From positions 147 through 64,146 of the forward strand of contig JBHHVI010000004.1 of assembly GCA_046754225.1 (NCBI GenBank): 64,000 nucleotides of DNA, read 5' to 3'. Position numbers and translations under genes: made by a program. The stretch comes from Thermodesulfobacteriota bacterium. GTDB lineage: Bacteria; Desulfobacterota; GWC2-55-46; JADFVP01. This document shows positions 28,665-39,139 of the stretch, piece by piece. A model generated the notes under the pieces. It had not been told where the DNA came from. It worked only from the letters and a program-made list of their open reading frames with translations, and ran no database searches. How positions within the stretch are numbered: position 1 is the first letter of the stretch; every line of letters begins with the position of its first letter.

Positions 28665-30656
28665 CTACTGAACCCTTCCTTTAACAAGGGTTTCGACGAT
28701 GCCGGGGTCAGCCAGCGTGGAAGTGTCTCCAAGGTCCCCGGTATGCCCGTTAGCGAGCTTTCTTAATATCCTTCGCATTATCTTGCCGCTGCGTGTTTTG
28801 GGAAGCCCTGTCGTGAACTGGACCCTGTCCGGTTTCGCGATGGGGCTTACCTCTTTTTTTACGTGCTCTTCAAGCCCGGCCTTCAATTCCCCCGATGAGC
28901 CGACCCCTTCTTTCAGCACCACAAACGCGTATATGCCCTCACCTTTGACTTCATGGGGGTACCCCACGACCGCCGCCTCGGCAACAGCATCGTTGGAGAC
29001 AAGGGCGCTCTCTATCTCCGCCGTCCCGAGCCTGTGCCCCGATACGTTCAGCACGTCGTCTATCCTTCCCATGAGCCACCAGTCTCCGTCCTCGTCTTTC
29101 CTCGCCCCGTCGCCGCTCAGGTAATTGCCGGGAAACCTTGAGAAGTATACCTCCTTGAAACGTTTTTTTTCATCATCACCGTACATGCCGCGGAGCATCC
29201 CCGGCCAGGGCCTGTCGATGACGAGGTAGCCGCCCTCGTTCACCCGGGCCTCGCTGCCGTCCTCCTTCACGACCTTCGGCGTCACGCCGAAAAAGGGCCT
29301 TCCCGCGCTCCCCGGCTTGAGGGCCATAGCCCCGGGGAGCGCCGAGATGAGTATGCCGCCCGTTTCGGTCTGCCACCATGTATCCACTATGGGAACATTG
29401 CCCCTGCCGACGAGGCTGTGATACCAGACCCAGGCCTCGGGGTTTATGGGCTCTCCCACTGTTCCAAGGAGCTTAAGGCTCGACAGGTCATGCTTTGTCA
29501 CCCACTCGTCGCCGCACCTCATAAGGGCGCGTATGGCCGTGGGGGCCGTGTAGAATATATTTACCTTGAACTTGTCCACTATCTCCCAGAAGCGGTCGGG
29601 GCGCGGGTAAGTGGGAACGCCTTCGAACATAAGCGTCGTCGCCCCGCATGCGAGCGGGCCGTAAACTATGTAGCTGTGCCCCGTTACCCAGCCGATATCG
29701 GCGGTGCAGAAGAATATATCCTCATCCCTGTAATCAAATATCCATTTAAAGGTGAGTGCCGTGTAGACGAGGTACCCTCCCGTCGTGTGTATAACGCCTT
29801 TGGGTTTCCCCGTAGAGCCGCTTGTATAGAGTATAAAAAGGGTATCCTCGGAGTCCATCTCCACTGGGTCGCAAAGGGCGGAAATTTCCGGGGCCGAGAC
29901 CTCTTCGTGCCACCACGTGTCCCTGCCCTCTTTCATGGGGACCTCAGCCCCGGTCCTCTTTACGACGATGACGTTTCTCACTCCGGGACAATCCTTCAGG
30001 GCCTCGTCACAGTTTTTTTTCATGGGGACGGCTCTGCCGCCTCTGACCCCCTCGTCAGAGGTGATGACGATATGCGACTGGGAATCGAGGACCCGCTCCT
30101 TTAAAGAGGCCGCGCTGAACCCCCCGAATACCACGCTGTGTATAACGCCGAGCCTCGCGCATGCGAGCATGGAGACGGGCAGCTCCGGTATCATTGGCAT
30201 ATAGATGGTCGCGCGGTCGCCCTTTTTGAGCCCCTTACACTTTAGGACGTTGGCGAAGCGGCTGACCTCGTAGTGGAGTTCCTCATAGGTGTACGTCCTG
30301 TACGTCCCGTCGTCGCCCTCCCAGATGATGGCCGCCTTGTTCCTGCGTCGCGACTTCAGGTGCCTGTCTAAACAGTTGTAACTGGCGTTGAGTTTACCGT
30401 TTATGAACCATTTTATATCCGGCGCTGAGAAGTCACAGTCCATGACCCTGTCCCATTTCCCGGACCAGTCGAGGATCCGGGCCTGCCTTGCCCAGAACCC
30501 CTCGGGGTCCTCGACGGACTCCCTGTACAGCTTTTCGTACTCTTCGGGGCTCTTGATATAGGATTCTTTTGAAAATTCCTCCGGCGGGGGGAATAATCTT
30601 TTTTCCTTAGAGAGCACCTCTATAGTCTCTTCCAGGCCTTTTTTGTCCTTTTCCAT
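28665..30656 (-). CDS. acs: acetyl-CoA synthetase (acetate--CoA ligase)
   Basis: 663 aa AMP-forming acyl-CoA synthetase with Acs-specific N-terminus ([25 protein letters not shown]) and AMP-binding motif [11 protein letters not shown]. Confidence 0.93.
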   Translation of the reverse strand: MEKDKKGLEETIEVLSKEKRLFPPPEEFSKESYIKSPEEYEKLYRESVEDPEGFWARQARILDWSGKWDRVMDCDFSAPDIKWFINGKLNASYNCLDRHLKSRRRNKAAIIWEGDDGTYRTYTYEELHYEVSRFANVLKCKGLKKGDRATIYMPMIPELPVSMLACARLGVIHSVVFGGFSAASLKERVLDSQSHIVITSDEGVRGGRAVPMKKNCDEALKDCPGVRNVIVVKRTGAEVPMKEGRDTWWHEEVSAPEISALCDPVEMDSEDTLFILYTSGSTGKPKGVIHTTGGYLVYTALTFKWIFDYRDEDIFFCTADIGWVTGHSYIVYGPLACGATTLMFEGVPTYPRPDRFWEIVDKFKVNIFYTAPTAIRALMRCGDEWVTKHDLSSLKLLGTVGEPINPEAWVWYHSLVGRGNVPIVDTWWQTETGGILISALPGAMALKPGSAGRPFFGVTPKVVKEDGSEARVNEGGYLVIDRPWPGMLRGMYGDDEKKRFKEVYFSRFPGNYLSGDGARKDEDGDWWLMGRIDDVLNVSGHRLGTAEIESALVSNDAVAEAAVVGYPHEVKGEGIYAFVVLKEGVGSSGELKAGLEEHVKKEVSPIAKPDRVQFTTGLPKTRSGKIMRRILRKLANGHTGDLGDTSTLADPGIVETLVKGRVQ

Positions 30657-30834
30657 CTTGCGGGTCTCCGAGTACAGGGTTTTTGTTTACCTGAAAAAAT
30701 TACTCTAAACAACCTTTTAAGTCAATGATAAAGCGTTTTAAGAGGGGCGTACTCCACTGGCGTTCTTGCATAAATGGCGGGGATATGTTAAAAATTTTCT
30801 TTGATAATCGGCATAATAAAGGATTGATTCTTTT

Positions 30835-32079
30835 ATGATTAAGGCAGTAAGGGGTTTTAACGACATACTTCCCGCCGAGGGCGAACTCTGGAGGTTTATC
30901 GAGGAGAAGGCCTTAAGCGTCTTTTCCGGATACGGTTTTTCCGAGATAAGGCTTCCCGTTCTTGAGAGGACGGAGCTCTTCTCAAGGTCCATAGGAGAGA
31001 CGACTGACATTGTGGAAAAGGAGATGTACACCTTTAAGGACAGGCGCGGCGAGTCCCTTACGCTGCGGCCCGAGGGTACGGCGCCGGCCGTGAGGGCCTA
31101 TATCGAGCACAGGCTTTACTCCTTACCTGTACAGAAGATTTTTTACAGGGGCCCCATGTTCCGCTACGAGAGGCCCCAGAAGGGGCGCTACCGCCAGTTC
31201 TATCAGATAGGGGCCGAGGTCCTCGGCGACGCGAGCCCGAGGGCCGACGCGGAAGTGATAGAGATGCTCATGCTGTATTTCGAAAGGCTCGGTGTGGCCG
31301 GGGTGGAATTGCAGATTAATTCTCTCGGCTGCAACTCTTGCAGGCCCGGCTACAGGAAAAAATTATACGCCTTCCTCTTAAGTATTAAAGATTCTCTTTG
31401 CGAAAACTGCAGAAGAAGGATAGGGGACAACCCCCTGAGGGCCCTTGATTGCAAGAACCCGGGATGCGCCCGGGCGACGGGCGGCGCGCCGGCTATTATT
31501 GATTCTCTCTGTAATGACTGCGGGGTCCATTTCAGCGCTGTAATCGAATCCCTTAATATCCTTTCCATTGAGGCGCGGATAAACCCGAGGATGGTAAGGG
31601 GGCTCGACTATTACACCAAGACGACCTTTGAGGTTACGGCCGGGGCCCTGGGGGCGCAGAACGCCGTAGCCGCCGGGGGCAGATACGACAACCTCGTAAG
31701 TGATCTCGGCGGCCCCGGGACCCCGTGCCTCGGCTTCGCCATAGGAGTGGAGAGGCTTGCCCTTGTACTTAAGGCGGGGGGTGTGAAAATCTCGAGGCCT
31801 CTTGTTGTATTCATGGCGCTCGGCCAGGAGGCCGAGCGCAGGGGCGTTGAAGTCGTGAGGGAGTTAAGGGCACGGGGGCTCAAGGTGGCCGAGGATTTTT
31901 CCTCCGGGCCTCTTAAGAAGAGAATGAAGAGGGCCGATAAACTCGGGGCCGGGTTCGTCGTAATACTCGGTGAAGACGAAATCAGGGATAAAGTCGTGAC
32001 CGTCAAGGATATGTCGGGCGCGCGTCAGGAAAGGCTCTCCCGGGAGGTTCTTTATGACTGGATTACTGCAGGGGGTTGA
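30835..32079 (+). CDS. hisS: histidine--tRNA ligase
   Basis: Class II aaRS motifs (FRYERPQKGRYRQFYQIG, GGRYDNL) and a C-terminal anticodon-binding domain; contains a Cys-rich insertion (C-x2-C repeated four times). Confidence 0.9.
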   Translation: MIKAVRGFNDILPAEGELWRFIEEKALSVFSGYGFSEIRLPVLERTELFSRSIGETTDIVEKEMYTFKDRRGESLTLRPEGTAPAVRAYIEHRLYSLPVQKIFYRGPMFRYERPQKGRYRQFYQIGAEVLGDASPRADAEVIEMLMLYFERLGVAGVELQINSLGCNSCRPGYRKKLYAFLLSIKDSLCENCRRRIGDNPLRALDCKNPGCARATGGAPAIIDSLCNDCGVHFSAVIESLNILSIEARINPRMVRGLDYYTKTTFEVTAGALGAQNAVAAGGRYDNLVSDLGGPGTPCLGFAIGVERLALVLKAGGVKISRPLVVFMALGQEAERRGVEVVRELRARGLKVAEDFSSGPLKKRMKRADKLGAGFVVILGEDEIRDKVVTVKDMSGARQERLSREVLYDWITAGG

Positions 32080-32377
32080 ATCTGTAATAGGGTCCCTGGG
32101 CCCTGTTCAGGGTTTTTTCTCAGGGGGTCAGTATTACGGCGCTCACGGGGACAGTATGCCGGTCTTCTTCGCCGTTGTTTTCTTTTTTATCCTCGTCCTC
32201 GCCGCGGCGCTCCTTATTCTGTGGATAGCAATGCCTTTTTCCGTCTTCGCTCTAAAGGGCCTTTTAAAGCAGTGCATAAGGGAGCAGGAAAAGACGAACG
32301 CGCTCCTTCGAGTATTGATTGAGAAAAAAGAAGAGCCGCGAAAGACCGGTGAAGATGACGGCAGGTCGGACTTTTAA
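32054..32377 (+). CDS. hypothetical small membrane protein (may start at a later Met, around 32156)
   Basis: ORF overlapping the hisS 3' end; one strongly hydrophobic helix (VFFAVVFFFILVLAAALLILWIAMPF) then a charged tail. No family recognised. Confidence 0.3.
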   Translation: MTGLLQGVESVIGSLGPVQGFFSGGQYYGAHGDSMPVFFAVVFFFILVLAAALLILWIAMPFSVFALKGLLKQCIREQEKTNALLRVLIEKKEEPRKTGEDDGRSDF

Positions 32378-32440
32378 CTTAACGCGCAAAAAAACTGCCT
32401 CGGTCAACTCCCCAATAAAACCGCAAAACTTTTTAACCCC

Positions 32441-33022
32441 ATGAAAATAAAGTCCGTCGAATTCACGGTTAGCGCTGTAAGTAAAAAAGATTACCCCCGC
32501 GAGGGGCTTCCCGAGGTGGTCCTCATCGGAAGGAGCAACGTTGGAAAATCCTCTCTTATTAACACCCTTGTGAACAGGAAGAAACTGGCGAAGACAAGCT
32601 CAAGCCCCGGTAAGACGAGGACGATAAATTTTTACAGGGTCAATGAAAGTTTTTTCCTCGTGGACCTGCCCGGAATCGGTTACGCGAAGGTCTCCAGGAG
32701 CGTGAAACGCTCATGGGAAAAGATGATAGAGGAGTACATGGAGGGCCGGCCCGCGCTAAGAGGGGCCGTAGTCATTCTCGACGCGAGGAGGAAGCCGGGC
32801 GAAGTCGAGGCCCGTCTTTACAGGTGGCTCGAGGCGTCGGGCCTGCCCGTTATAACGGTCATAACAAAGGCCGATAAGCTCTCGTCCAACAAGCTCTCGG
32901 TAAGTGTAGGCGGCATAAAAAAGGCCCTCGCAGTCGCCGACCCCGTCGCCTTTTCCGCGGTGAAGGGGCTTGGCAGGCTGAAGCTCCTTGGGCGTATTGC
33001 TGAGTTACTCGGAGACGGTTAA
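32441..33022 (+). CDS. engB: ribosome biogenesis GTP-binding protein YsxC/EngB
   Basis: G1 GRSNVGKSSLIN, G3 DLPGIGYA, G4 TKADK. Confidence 0.9.
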   Translation: MKIKSVEFTVSAVSKKDYPREGLPEVVLIGRSNVGKSSLINTLVNRKKLAKTSSSPGKTRTINFYRVNESFFLVDLPGIGYAKVSRSVKRSWEKMIEEYMEGRPALRGAVVILDARRKPGEVEARLYRWLEASGLPVITVITKADKLSSNKLSVSVGGIKKALAVADPVAFSAVKGLGRLKLLGRIAELLGDG

Positions 33023-33050
33023 CAGGGGCTTTTCAGCCGCCGCCGGGTCT

Positions 33051-34376
33051 ATGCCGGTAAAATCTTTTCGGCCTATGAATACAAGGGTTAATATAACGGG
33101 GCTCGCATACGGCGGCAAGGGTGTGGGAAGGGTCGGAGGCCGCGTGGTCTTTGTCCCTTTTACCGCCCCCGGCGACGAGGTCGATGTTGAAATAGTCCGG
33201 GAAAAGAAGAGGTTCTCCGAGGGCCGTGTAACCACTATTATTAAACCTTCCGAAGATAGAGTTCCCCCGCTCTGTCCCGTCTTTACGCTCTGCGGCGGCT
33301 GCAGCCTCCAGCACGTCCGTTACTCGCAACAGGTCTTATGGAAAGAAAAGATTTTTTTCGAGACCTTGAAGAGGATCGGCGGGTTTGAGGAGTTTGAACT
33401 CGAAGATACTCTGCCAGCTCCCGAGCCTTTTTTTTACCGTTCAAAGGCACGGTTTCAGGTCCTGGGAGAGAGGTGGGGGTTTTTTGAGGCAGGTTCAAAA
33501 CGCGTTGTTGATATAGAGTCCTGCCCCATATCCGAGCCCCTGATAAACAGCGCCTTTAAGTCCATAAGGCGGCTTTTTGAAGAGAGGTTCAGAAGGTCAC
33601 ATACCGCGAAGACCATCTTTTCCCTTGAGATAGGCGTCGGCGCCGACGCTCTGGCCGCGGCCTCTTTTCATCTGCGCGGCGGTGAAAAGGGATTCCCATG
33701 GGGCGCAGTCCTTGAGGAGGTCGAGGAGTTAAAGGGGCTCGAAGTCCTGCTCCATGCCAGAGGTGGCCCCCGGGCAAGGAGGGTATTTACCGGAGGCGAC
33801 TTGAATTTATGTTACGAGTCTCAGGGGATAAAGTACCTCGCTCCCTTGAGCGTATTCTCGCAGGTGAATAGAGCACAGAACGGGGCCCTTATAAAGGACC
33901 TCATCCGTTACAGCCGGTTAAAGGGAGGCGAAAGGGTTTTGGAACTCTTCAGCGGCGCGGGGAATTTTTCCCTGCAGCTTGCAAAGGGCGGCGCTCGGGT
34001 TTTGGGTGTTGAGGTGGGCGGAGAGGCGGTGAGGGCGGCCCGTAAGAACGCGGCCCTTAACGCCATAGAGCCGGTTGAGTTCCTCAAGGCCCCCGCCTCT
34101 AAGTGGCTTCGGGATAACCTCAAAGACCTTGAAACCGATTCTCCGGATATGGTAGTATTAGACCCTCCACGGGCGGGCGATATATCCGCTATGAGGGGCC
34201 TGGCGGAAATCAGGCCGAAAAAGATTATCTACCTCTCCTGCAGCCCTCCTACGATGGCCAGAGACTTGAAGGTCTTTGCCGCAGGCGGATACAGGATTAC
34301 AAGGGCCCGTGTATTTGACCTTTTCCCCCAGACCTACCATATAGAAGGCATGGTAGTGATGGAGTTGGGGGATTAG
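33051..34376 (+). CDS. rumA: 23S rRNA (uracil-5-)-methyltransferase RumA/RlmD family (TRAM, 4Fe-4S, SAM-dependent MTase)
   Basis: TRAM domain (GLAYGGKGVGRVGGRVVFVPFTAPGDEV), a Cys cluster (CPVFTLCGGCSLQH...C), a SAM motif (LELFSGAGNFSL) and a catalytic region (DPPRAG...YLSC). The start may be at 33051 or 33075; the track ORF begins inside engB. Confidence 0.8.
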   Translation: MPVKSFRPMNTRVNITGLAYGGKGVGRVGGRVVFVPFTAPGDEVDVEIVREKKRFSEGRVTTIIKPSEDRVPPLCPVFTLCGGCSLQHVRYSQQVLWKEKIFFETLKRIGGFEEFELEDTLPAPEPFFYRSKARFQVLGERWGFFEAGSKRVVDIESCPISEPLINSAFKSIRRLFEERFRRSHTAKTIFSLEIGVGADALAAASFHLRGGEKGFPWGAVLEEVEELKGLEVLLHARGGPRARRVFTGGDLNLCYESQGIKYLAPLSVFSQVNRAQNGALIKDLIRYSRLKGGERVLELFSGAGNFSLQLAKGGARVLGVEVGGEAVRAARKNAALNAIEPVEFLKAPASKWLRDNLKDLETDSPDMVVLDPPRAGDISAMRGLAEIRPKKIIYLSCSPPTMARDLKVFAAGGYRITRARVFDLFPQTYHIEGMVVMELGD

Positions 34377-34394
34377 GAACCTAAAATTTTTGGA

Positions 34395-34901
34395 GTGGTA
34401 AGGGTTTTGAAAGAGCTTCCAATAATAAAGGAATTGAAGGAAGAACTTCAGAGGGTGGAGAGGGAACTGAGGCTTGAGGTGCCCAAGGAGCTTCAGAAGG
34501 CCGCCGCCCATGGAGACTTCAGGGAAAATTCGGAATATGACGCGGCGAAGCATAGGCAATCTTATCTGCAGGCCCGCTCGGCCCACCTGGCCGAACGGAT
34601 AAATTCCCTTACCTCCCTTAAACTCGACAATATCGCGAAAGACGCCGTGGGTTTCGGCTCAAGGGTGCACCTCGAAGACATTAATTCCGGCGAAGCCGTC
34701 GTCTACGAGCTTGTAACCCCCGAGGAGGTGGACCCCAGGAACGGAAAGATATCCATAGGCTCTCCTGTTGGAAAGGCGATTATGGGCAAGAGCTCCGGCG
34801 ATGAGGTGGTAATAAACCTGCCTTCAGGTGTCAGGGAATATGAGGTAACGGATTTCCAGACGCTTCATGACATTTTTTTCAGTAAAGGCGGAGACGAATA
34901 A
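34395..34901 (+). CDS. greA: transcription elongation factor GreA
   Basis: N-terminal coiled-coil with DFRENSEYDAAK and a C-terminal FKBP-like domain; GTG start (exact start uncertain). Confidence 0.88.
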   Translation: MVRVLKELPIIKELKEELQRVERELRLEVPKELQKAAAHGDFRENSEYDAAKHRQSYLQARSAHLAERINSLTSLKLDNIAKDAVGFGSRVHLEDINSGEAVVYELVTPEEVDPRNGKISIGSPVGKAIMGKSSGDEVVINLPSGVREYEVTDFQTLHDIFFSKGGDE

Positions 34902-34961
34902 AAGGAAAGGCTTTGTTTTTTAACCCTTAACAGATTAAAAAAACGACAGAAAAGGAGACTC

Positions 34962-35753
34962 ATGATGGAGAGCAAGATGAAGAAAGGTTTTGTAAACCGG
35001 TCCCCCTTGGTACTTGCCGTTTTAATTTTCTCGCTCATTATCAGCTCGAATACCTTCGCGGGCTCGAAGCATCACAAAGGACACTGGAGCTATGAAGGTG
35101 AGACCGGCCCCGAGCACTGGGGGGAACTCTCAGAGAAGTTCGAGGCATGTTCAAAGGGCAAGAGCCAGTCGCCCATCGATATCACGGCCGCGGCCGTGGG
35201 GGGCCGCGGTAAGGTAGAGTTCAACTACAGCCCCAGCCGGATAAAAATACTAAACAACGGCCACGCCATTCAGGTCAATTATGACAAGGGCAGCTATATC
35301 AAGGTGGGAGGCAAGAGATACGACCTGCTCCAGTTCCACTTCCACGCCCCCAGCGAGCACACCGTGGCCGGCAAACATTCCGATATAGAGATGCACCTCG
35401 TGCATAAAAGCAAGAAGGGTGAACTCGCCGTAGTGGGCGTCCTTATAGATAAGGGTGAGATGAACGGGGCTTACAAGGATGTATGGGCCGGTCTCCCCGA
35501 GAAAGAGGGCAAGGAAATGGCCCTAAAGGCGACGGTGAACGCTTTTGAACTTCTTCCGGCTAAAAAAATCTATTACAGCTATTCCGGTTCCCTGACCACA
35601 CCGCCATGTTCTGAGAACGTCTCCTGGTTCGTCATGAAGACTCCCGTTAAGCTCTCGGGGGACCAGATAAAGGCCTTCACGGAAATCATGCATGGCGACA
35701 ACAGGCCGACCCAGCCCCTTCACGGACGTAAGGTCACGCAGAGTAAAGATTAA
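34962..35753 (+). CDS. alpha-class carbonic anhydrase, secreted/periplasmic
   Basis: Signal peptide; QSPIDI, QFHFHAPSEH (zinc His) and SLTTPPCSE signature motifs. Confidence 0.9.
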   Translation: MMESKMKKGFVNRSPLVLAVLIFSLIISSNTFAGSKHHKGHWSYEGETGPEHWGELSEKFEACSKGKSQSPIDITAAAVGGRGKVEFNYSPSRIKILNNGHAIQVNYDKGSYIKVGGKRYDLLQFHFHAPSEHTVAGKHSDIEMHLVHKSKKGELAVVGVLIDKGEMNGAYKDVWAGLPEKEGKEMALKATVNAFELLPAKKIYYSYSGSLTTPPCSENVSWFVMKTPVKLSGDQIKAFTEIMHGDNRPTQPLHGRKVTQSKD

Positions 35754-35779
35754 ATACGAACAGATCGTTTAATATACAG

Positions 35780-35811
35780 GGCCCCGCAGAAACCCTGCGG
35801 GGCCTTTTTTT
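35780..35811. terminator. bidirectional rho-independent terminator between convergent genes
   Basis: GGCCCCGCAG-aaacc-CTGCGGGGCC followed by TTTTTTT, between the carbonic anhydrase (+) and the S2P gene (-). Confidence 0.8.
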
Positions 35812-35817
35812 AACTCA

Positions 35818-36972
35818 TCACCTGCGGGACCGTTTTCCGGCCGTACTTGAGAATCCCTTTAAAGTGGTGTTGATTTCTATGATCCTTAAGAGGTCCCCCC
35901 TTGACACCATGCCCACAAGCTTCCCTTCGAACAGAACGGGAAGCCTCCCGATGCCGCTTTGAGATATCTTCGCGAAGGCGTCCATGGCGCTTTCAGCTGG
36001 TTTTAAAAAATCCTTTTCGTCGAGGGCAACCATAACCCCTCTTACAAGGGTCTCAGCCCAGCGCGCCCTTTCAACGGATTTTACGCCTTTAAAGGTAATT
36101 ATCCCAACCGCTTTTGCCCCTGAAGTTACGGGGAAGGAGGCAAAGTGGTGAGTGAGAAAATAATCGTCAACGGCCTCCTGTATAGTCATATCCCCGTCAA
36201 TGGATACGACCTCCTTTGACATGACGTCGCCGACCCTCACGCCCCCGAGCATCTTCTTTATTATGAGCTGCTGATACCCGCCGAGAGCGGCCTGTTGGAG
36301 AAATACACCGATTAAGACCATCCAGAGCCCCCCGATAAAATTTCCCACCAGTATCTGGAAAAACCCCAGGATTATGAGAAAGAAGGCGAAGGTCCTCCCT
36401 GCCTGGCTCGCCGCCCTTGTGGCGGCGTAGACGTCGCCCGTCTTTGCCCACCAGAGCGCCCTCAAGACCCTGCCTCCGTCAAGGGGGAATCCGGGGATAA
36501 GGTTGAAGGCCATGAGGATCAGGTTTACGAGCGAAAGGTAGGAGAGTACGGGGTGCAGAAGAGGGAAGCCGGAGGCCGGCACGGCCTTTGAGGCGAGATA
36601 GAAAAGACCGCCCAGTAGCCCGCTCGCAATGGGCCCGGCCACGGCTATCTTGAGCTCGACGGCGGCGTCGTCAGGCTCCCTCGTCATCTCCGCGACGCCG
36701 CCGAAGATAAAGAGCGTAATCCCCCTGATGTCAAGTCCGAGTTTGTTGGCTGTAACAGAGTGGGACAACTCGTGTATGAGGACACAGACGAAGAGGAGGA
36801 GGGCCGAGACGGTGCCCATTATTATATAGGACTCTTTTTCAAGACCCTTGTAATAGTACGGGTAATAACCGTATGAGAGGCTCCATGCGAAGAGCACAAA
36901 GACTATAAACCACGAATAGTCTATGGATATGGTGATACCGAGTACCCTGAAAAGTCTTATACCCTTGGGCAT
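35818..36972 (-). CDS. site-2 protease family (M50) membrane metalloprotease with CBS-domain pair
   Basis: HELSH zinc motif, LIPGFPLDGG, multiple TM helices, C-terminal tandem CBS domains. Confidence 0.85.
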   Translation of the reverse strand: MPKGIRLFRVLGITISIDYSWFIVFVLFAWSLSYGYYPYYYKGLEKESYIIMGTVSALLLFVCVLIHELSHSVTANKLGLDIRGITLFIFGGVAEMTREPDDAAVELKIAVAGPIASGLLGGLFYLASKAVPASGFPLLHPVLSYLSLVNLILMAFNLIPGFPLDGGRVLRALWWAKTGDVYAATRAASQAGRTFAFFLIILGFFQILVGNFIGGLWMVLIGVFLQQAALGGYQQLIIKKMLGGVRVGDVMSKEVVSIDGDMTIQEAVDDYFLTHHFASFPVTSGAKAVGIITFKGVKSVERARWAETLVRGVMVALDEKDFLKPAESAMDAFAKISQSGIGRLPVLFEGKLVGMVSRGDLLRIIEINTTLKGFSSTAGKRSRR

Positions 36973-37071
36973 GGTCTATCCCTATTGGGTTTTTGATTCA
37001 GCTTGCAAGAAGGCCGTCGCACCGGAGGCAGGGGCGCGGCGCGGGAAAGGCGCGGCCGGCAAGCCTGTCAA

Positions 37072-37380
37072 TCAGGTCTTTAACTTCTTACCCAATCTCC
37101 TCTCAACGGAACCTAGTTTTTCCGTGAGCCTGTCGTTGGGCTTTGACGGTCTTATGTCTATGGAGATGGTCGACACGACCCTTGGGGCCTTTTCCATAAC
37201 CGTATCGTGACACCTTTTTATAAGGGGCATCACCGCGTCCCACTCTCCCTCGACGATGGTGCCCATTGCGCCCGCCCTGTAAGGGAGCCCGCTTTCATCC
37301 ACTACCTTGAGCACGCTCGCTATGGAGTCACCAAGGCTTTCTCCGGCGCCCACAGGCACTATTGCGAATTCCGCAAGCAT
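37072..37380 (-). CDS. MTH1187/YkoF-family protein (small ligand-binding ACT-like fold)
   Basis: MLAEFAIVPVGAGESLGDSIASVLKVV... 102 aa with the characteristic N-terminus of the MTH1187/YkoF (UPF0045) family. Confidence 0.7.
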   Translation of the reverse strand: MLAEFAIVPVGAGESLGDSIASVLKVVDESGLPYRAGAMGTIVEGEWDAVMPLIKRCHDTVMEKAPRVVSTISIDIRPSKPNDRLTEKLGSVERRLGKKLKT

Positions 37381-37446
37381 ATTGACCTCCTTTCGGCCCC
37401 CGGCAAGAATTTAAACCGGGGCCTTTGAAAAAGATGTGCAAAAAAA

Positions 37447-38496
37447 TCATAAACCCACTCCGTCTATAATAACGCCGCAGTACGGGCACATTGAACCCTT
37501 TATGACATTCTCTTTTACGTAAAAACCCCTCCTCTCTATGAGGAGCTTATTGCAATTATAACAGAAGGTGGACTCTCCCTTAAGGCCGGGGATGTTGCCG
37601 GTATAGACGTACCTGAGCCCCTCTGCAATGCCAATTTCGCGGGCCCTCACGACCGTCTCTGAGGTTGTAGGGGGGGCGTCCGTTAGTTTGTACGTCGGAT
37701 AAAAGGCGCTTATGTGCCAGGGCATAGTCTTGTCCGTCTTTGAGATCCACTCTGCGATGCTCTTTAACTCATCCTCGGAGTCGTTGTATCCGGGGATAAT
37801 GAGCGTGGTTACCTCAACCCATATGCCGGCCTCTCTCATGTACTCGATGCTTTCAAGGACCGGGGCGAGTCTCGCGCCGCAGACCTTTTTATAAAAATCA
37901 TCGGAAAAGGATTTTATATCCACGTTGGCGGCGTCAAGAAACTCGCGCGATTCGTCGAGGCACTCCCGTGTCATATAGCCATTCGTTACAAAGACGTTTT
38001 TTATCCCCCGCCTTCTCGCCAAGAGGCCGGTTGCACGGGCGAATTCAAAGAATATCGTGGGCTCTGTATAGGTATAGGCTATGCTCGCTGAGCCCGATGA
38101 AGCGGCCTTCATGACGACCTCTTCGGGGGAGGCCTCATGGCCGGCTATCCTTTTTGCGTCCCTGGGCATCTGTGATATATCGAAGTTCTGGCAATGGAGG
38201 CATCTGAAATTGCACCCCACCGTCGCCATGGAATAGGAAGAGGAGGATGGGAGGAAATGAAAAAGCGGTTTTTTCTCTATGGGGTCTATGTTTTCCGCTA
38301 TAAGGAGCCCGTAGACGAGTGTGTATAGCACGCCCTTTCTGTTTTCCCTCACGCCGCAGACGCCGCGCCGGCCTTCCTTTATGCGGCAACGGAAGGAGCA
38401 CAGGAGACAGTTTACCTCATCTCCGCTCCTTTTTTCATAGAGGCGCGCCTCCAAAACGCCGGGCGCAGTCTTTGTTGTTTTCTCAGGATTCGCCAT
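37447..38496 (-). CDS. radical SAM enzyme, AmmeMemoRadiSam/PflA-like family with C-terminal zinc ribbon
   Basis: CNFRCLHCQN (CxxxCxxC) and a C-terminal CYNCN...CPYCG. No AMMECR1 or MEMO1 partner in the window. Confidence 0.75.
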   Translation of the reverse strand: MANPEKTTKTAPGVLEARLYEKRSGDEVNCLLCSFRCRIKEGRRGVCGVRENRKGVLYTLVYGLLIAENIDPIEKKPLFHFLPSSSSYSMATVGCNFRCLHCQNFDISQMPRDAKRIAGHEASPEEVVMKAASSGSASIAYTYTEPTIFFEFARATGLLARRRGIKNVFVTNGYMTRECLDESREFLDAANVDIKSFSDDFYKKVCGARLAPVLESIEYMREAGIWVEVTTLIIPGYNDSEDELKSIAEWISKTDKTMPWHISAFYPTYKLTDAPPTTSETVVRAREIGIAEGLRYVYTGNIPGLKGESTFCYNCNKLLIERRGFYVKENVIKGSMCPYCGVIIDGVGL

Positions 38497-38998
38497 CCCT
38501 TGTCCACAGGACCCTTGCGAGCTTGACGTCGGAACTCCACTTGTATTCGAGCTCTCCGCTAAAGGTCTTTTTTATCATCTGCCCTATCCTCTGGGCGAGC
38601 TTATCTGTTGTGGTGGTTATCTCTATTGCGCCGCGCCCCTCCTTTATTTCCATGATACGGTCAAGGGGGTTATTGTGCATCGCCCTTTTTTCCTTGTTGC
38701 GTACGAGTTTCAATATCTCTTCGCCGTGGTCTTTTATAAAACCGCCCTTCAAGGTGACGACTCCGCCCGGGAATTTATCGCGGATCTTCTGGCATGCCGG
38801 GCAGAGTACCTCGATGGGTTTCTTGCCCGGGGCCTTCTTAAGCGCCTCAGTAGCGAGGGTCCAACGCTTATTGTGGTAGACGGCGCCGCATTTTTTACAG
38901 ATAGCCATATCTTCGGGGCTTATCTTCAAGAGATAAGAGTCTTTCGCGGTATCTATCGCCTTTTTCCTGATAATCCTCGGTCCCTTCATACGAGCCAC
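38483..38998 (-). CDS. hypothetical zinc-ribbon protein (2x CxxC)
   Basis: CKKCG ... CPAC about 20 aa apart, otherwise a basic 171 aa protein. Start overlaps the radical SAM gene end by 14 nt, suggesting translational coupling. Family not recognised (weak resemblance to the NMD3 N-terminal ribbon). Confidence 0.5.
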   Translation of the reverse strand: MARMKGPRIIRKKAIDTAKDSYLLKISPEDMAICKKCGAVYHNKRWTLATEALKKAPGKKPIEVLCPACQKIRDKFPGGVVTLKGGFIKDHGEEILKLVRNKEKRAMHNNPLDRIMEIKEGRGAIEITTTTDKLAQRIGQMIKKTFSGELEYKWSSDVKLARVLWTRDGES

Positions 38999-39139
38999 CT
39001 CCTTAAGGAAGATTTCAACGCCAACTTCAGTATGTCCCCTTCAGGCGCATGGGAGATTCGATCAACCCTTCCCCTGAATTAATTATATCATCATTGGGAG
39101 TGGGATGGGGAGGAAGATGGAGAGGGGGATGGAAAAAAA

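Noticed and set aside
37447-38496. Canonical AmmeMemoRadiSam three-gene system
   Set aside because: Only the radical SAM member is recognisable; neither AMMECR1 (LRGCIG motif) nor MEMO1-like neighbours are present, so only family-level assignment is made.
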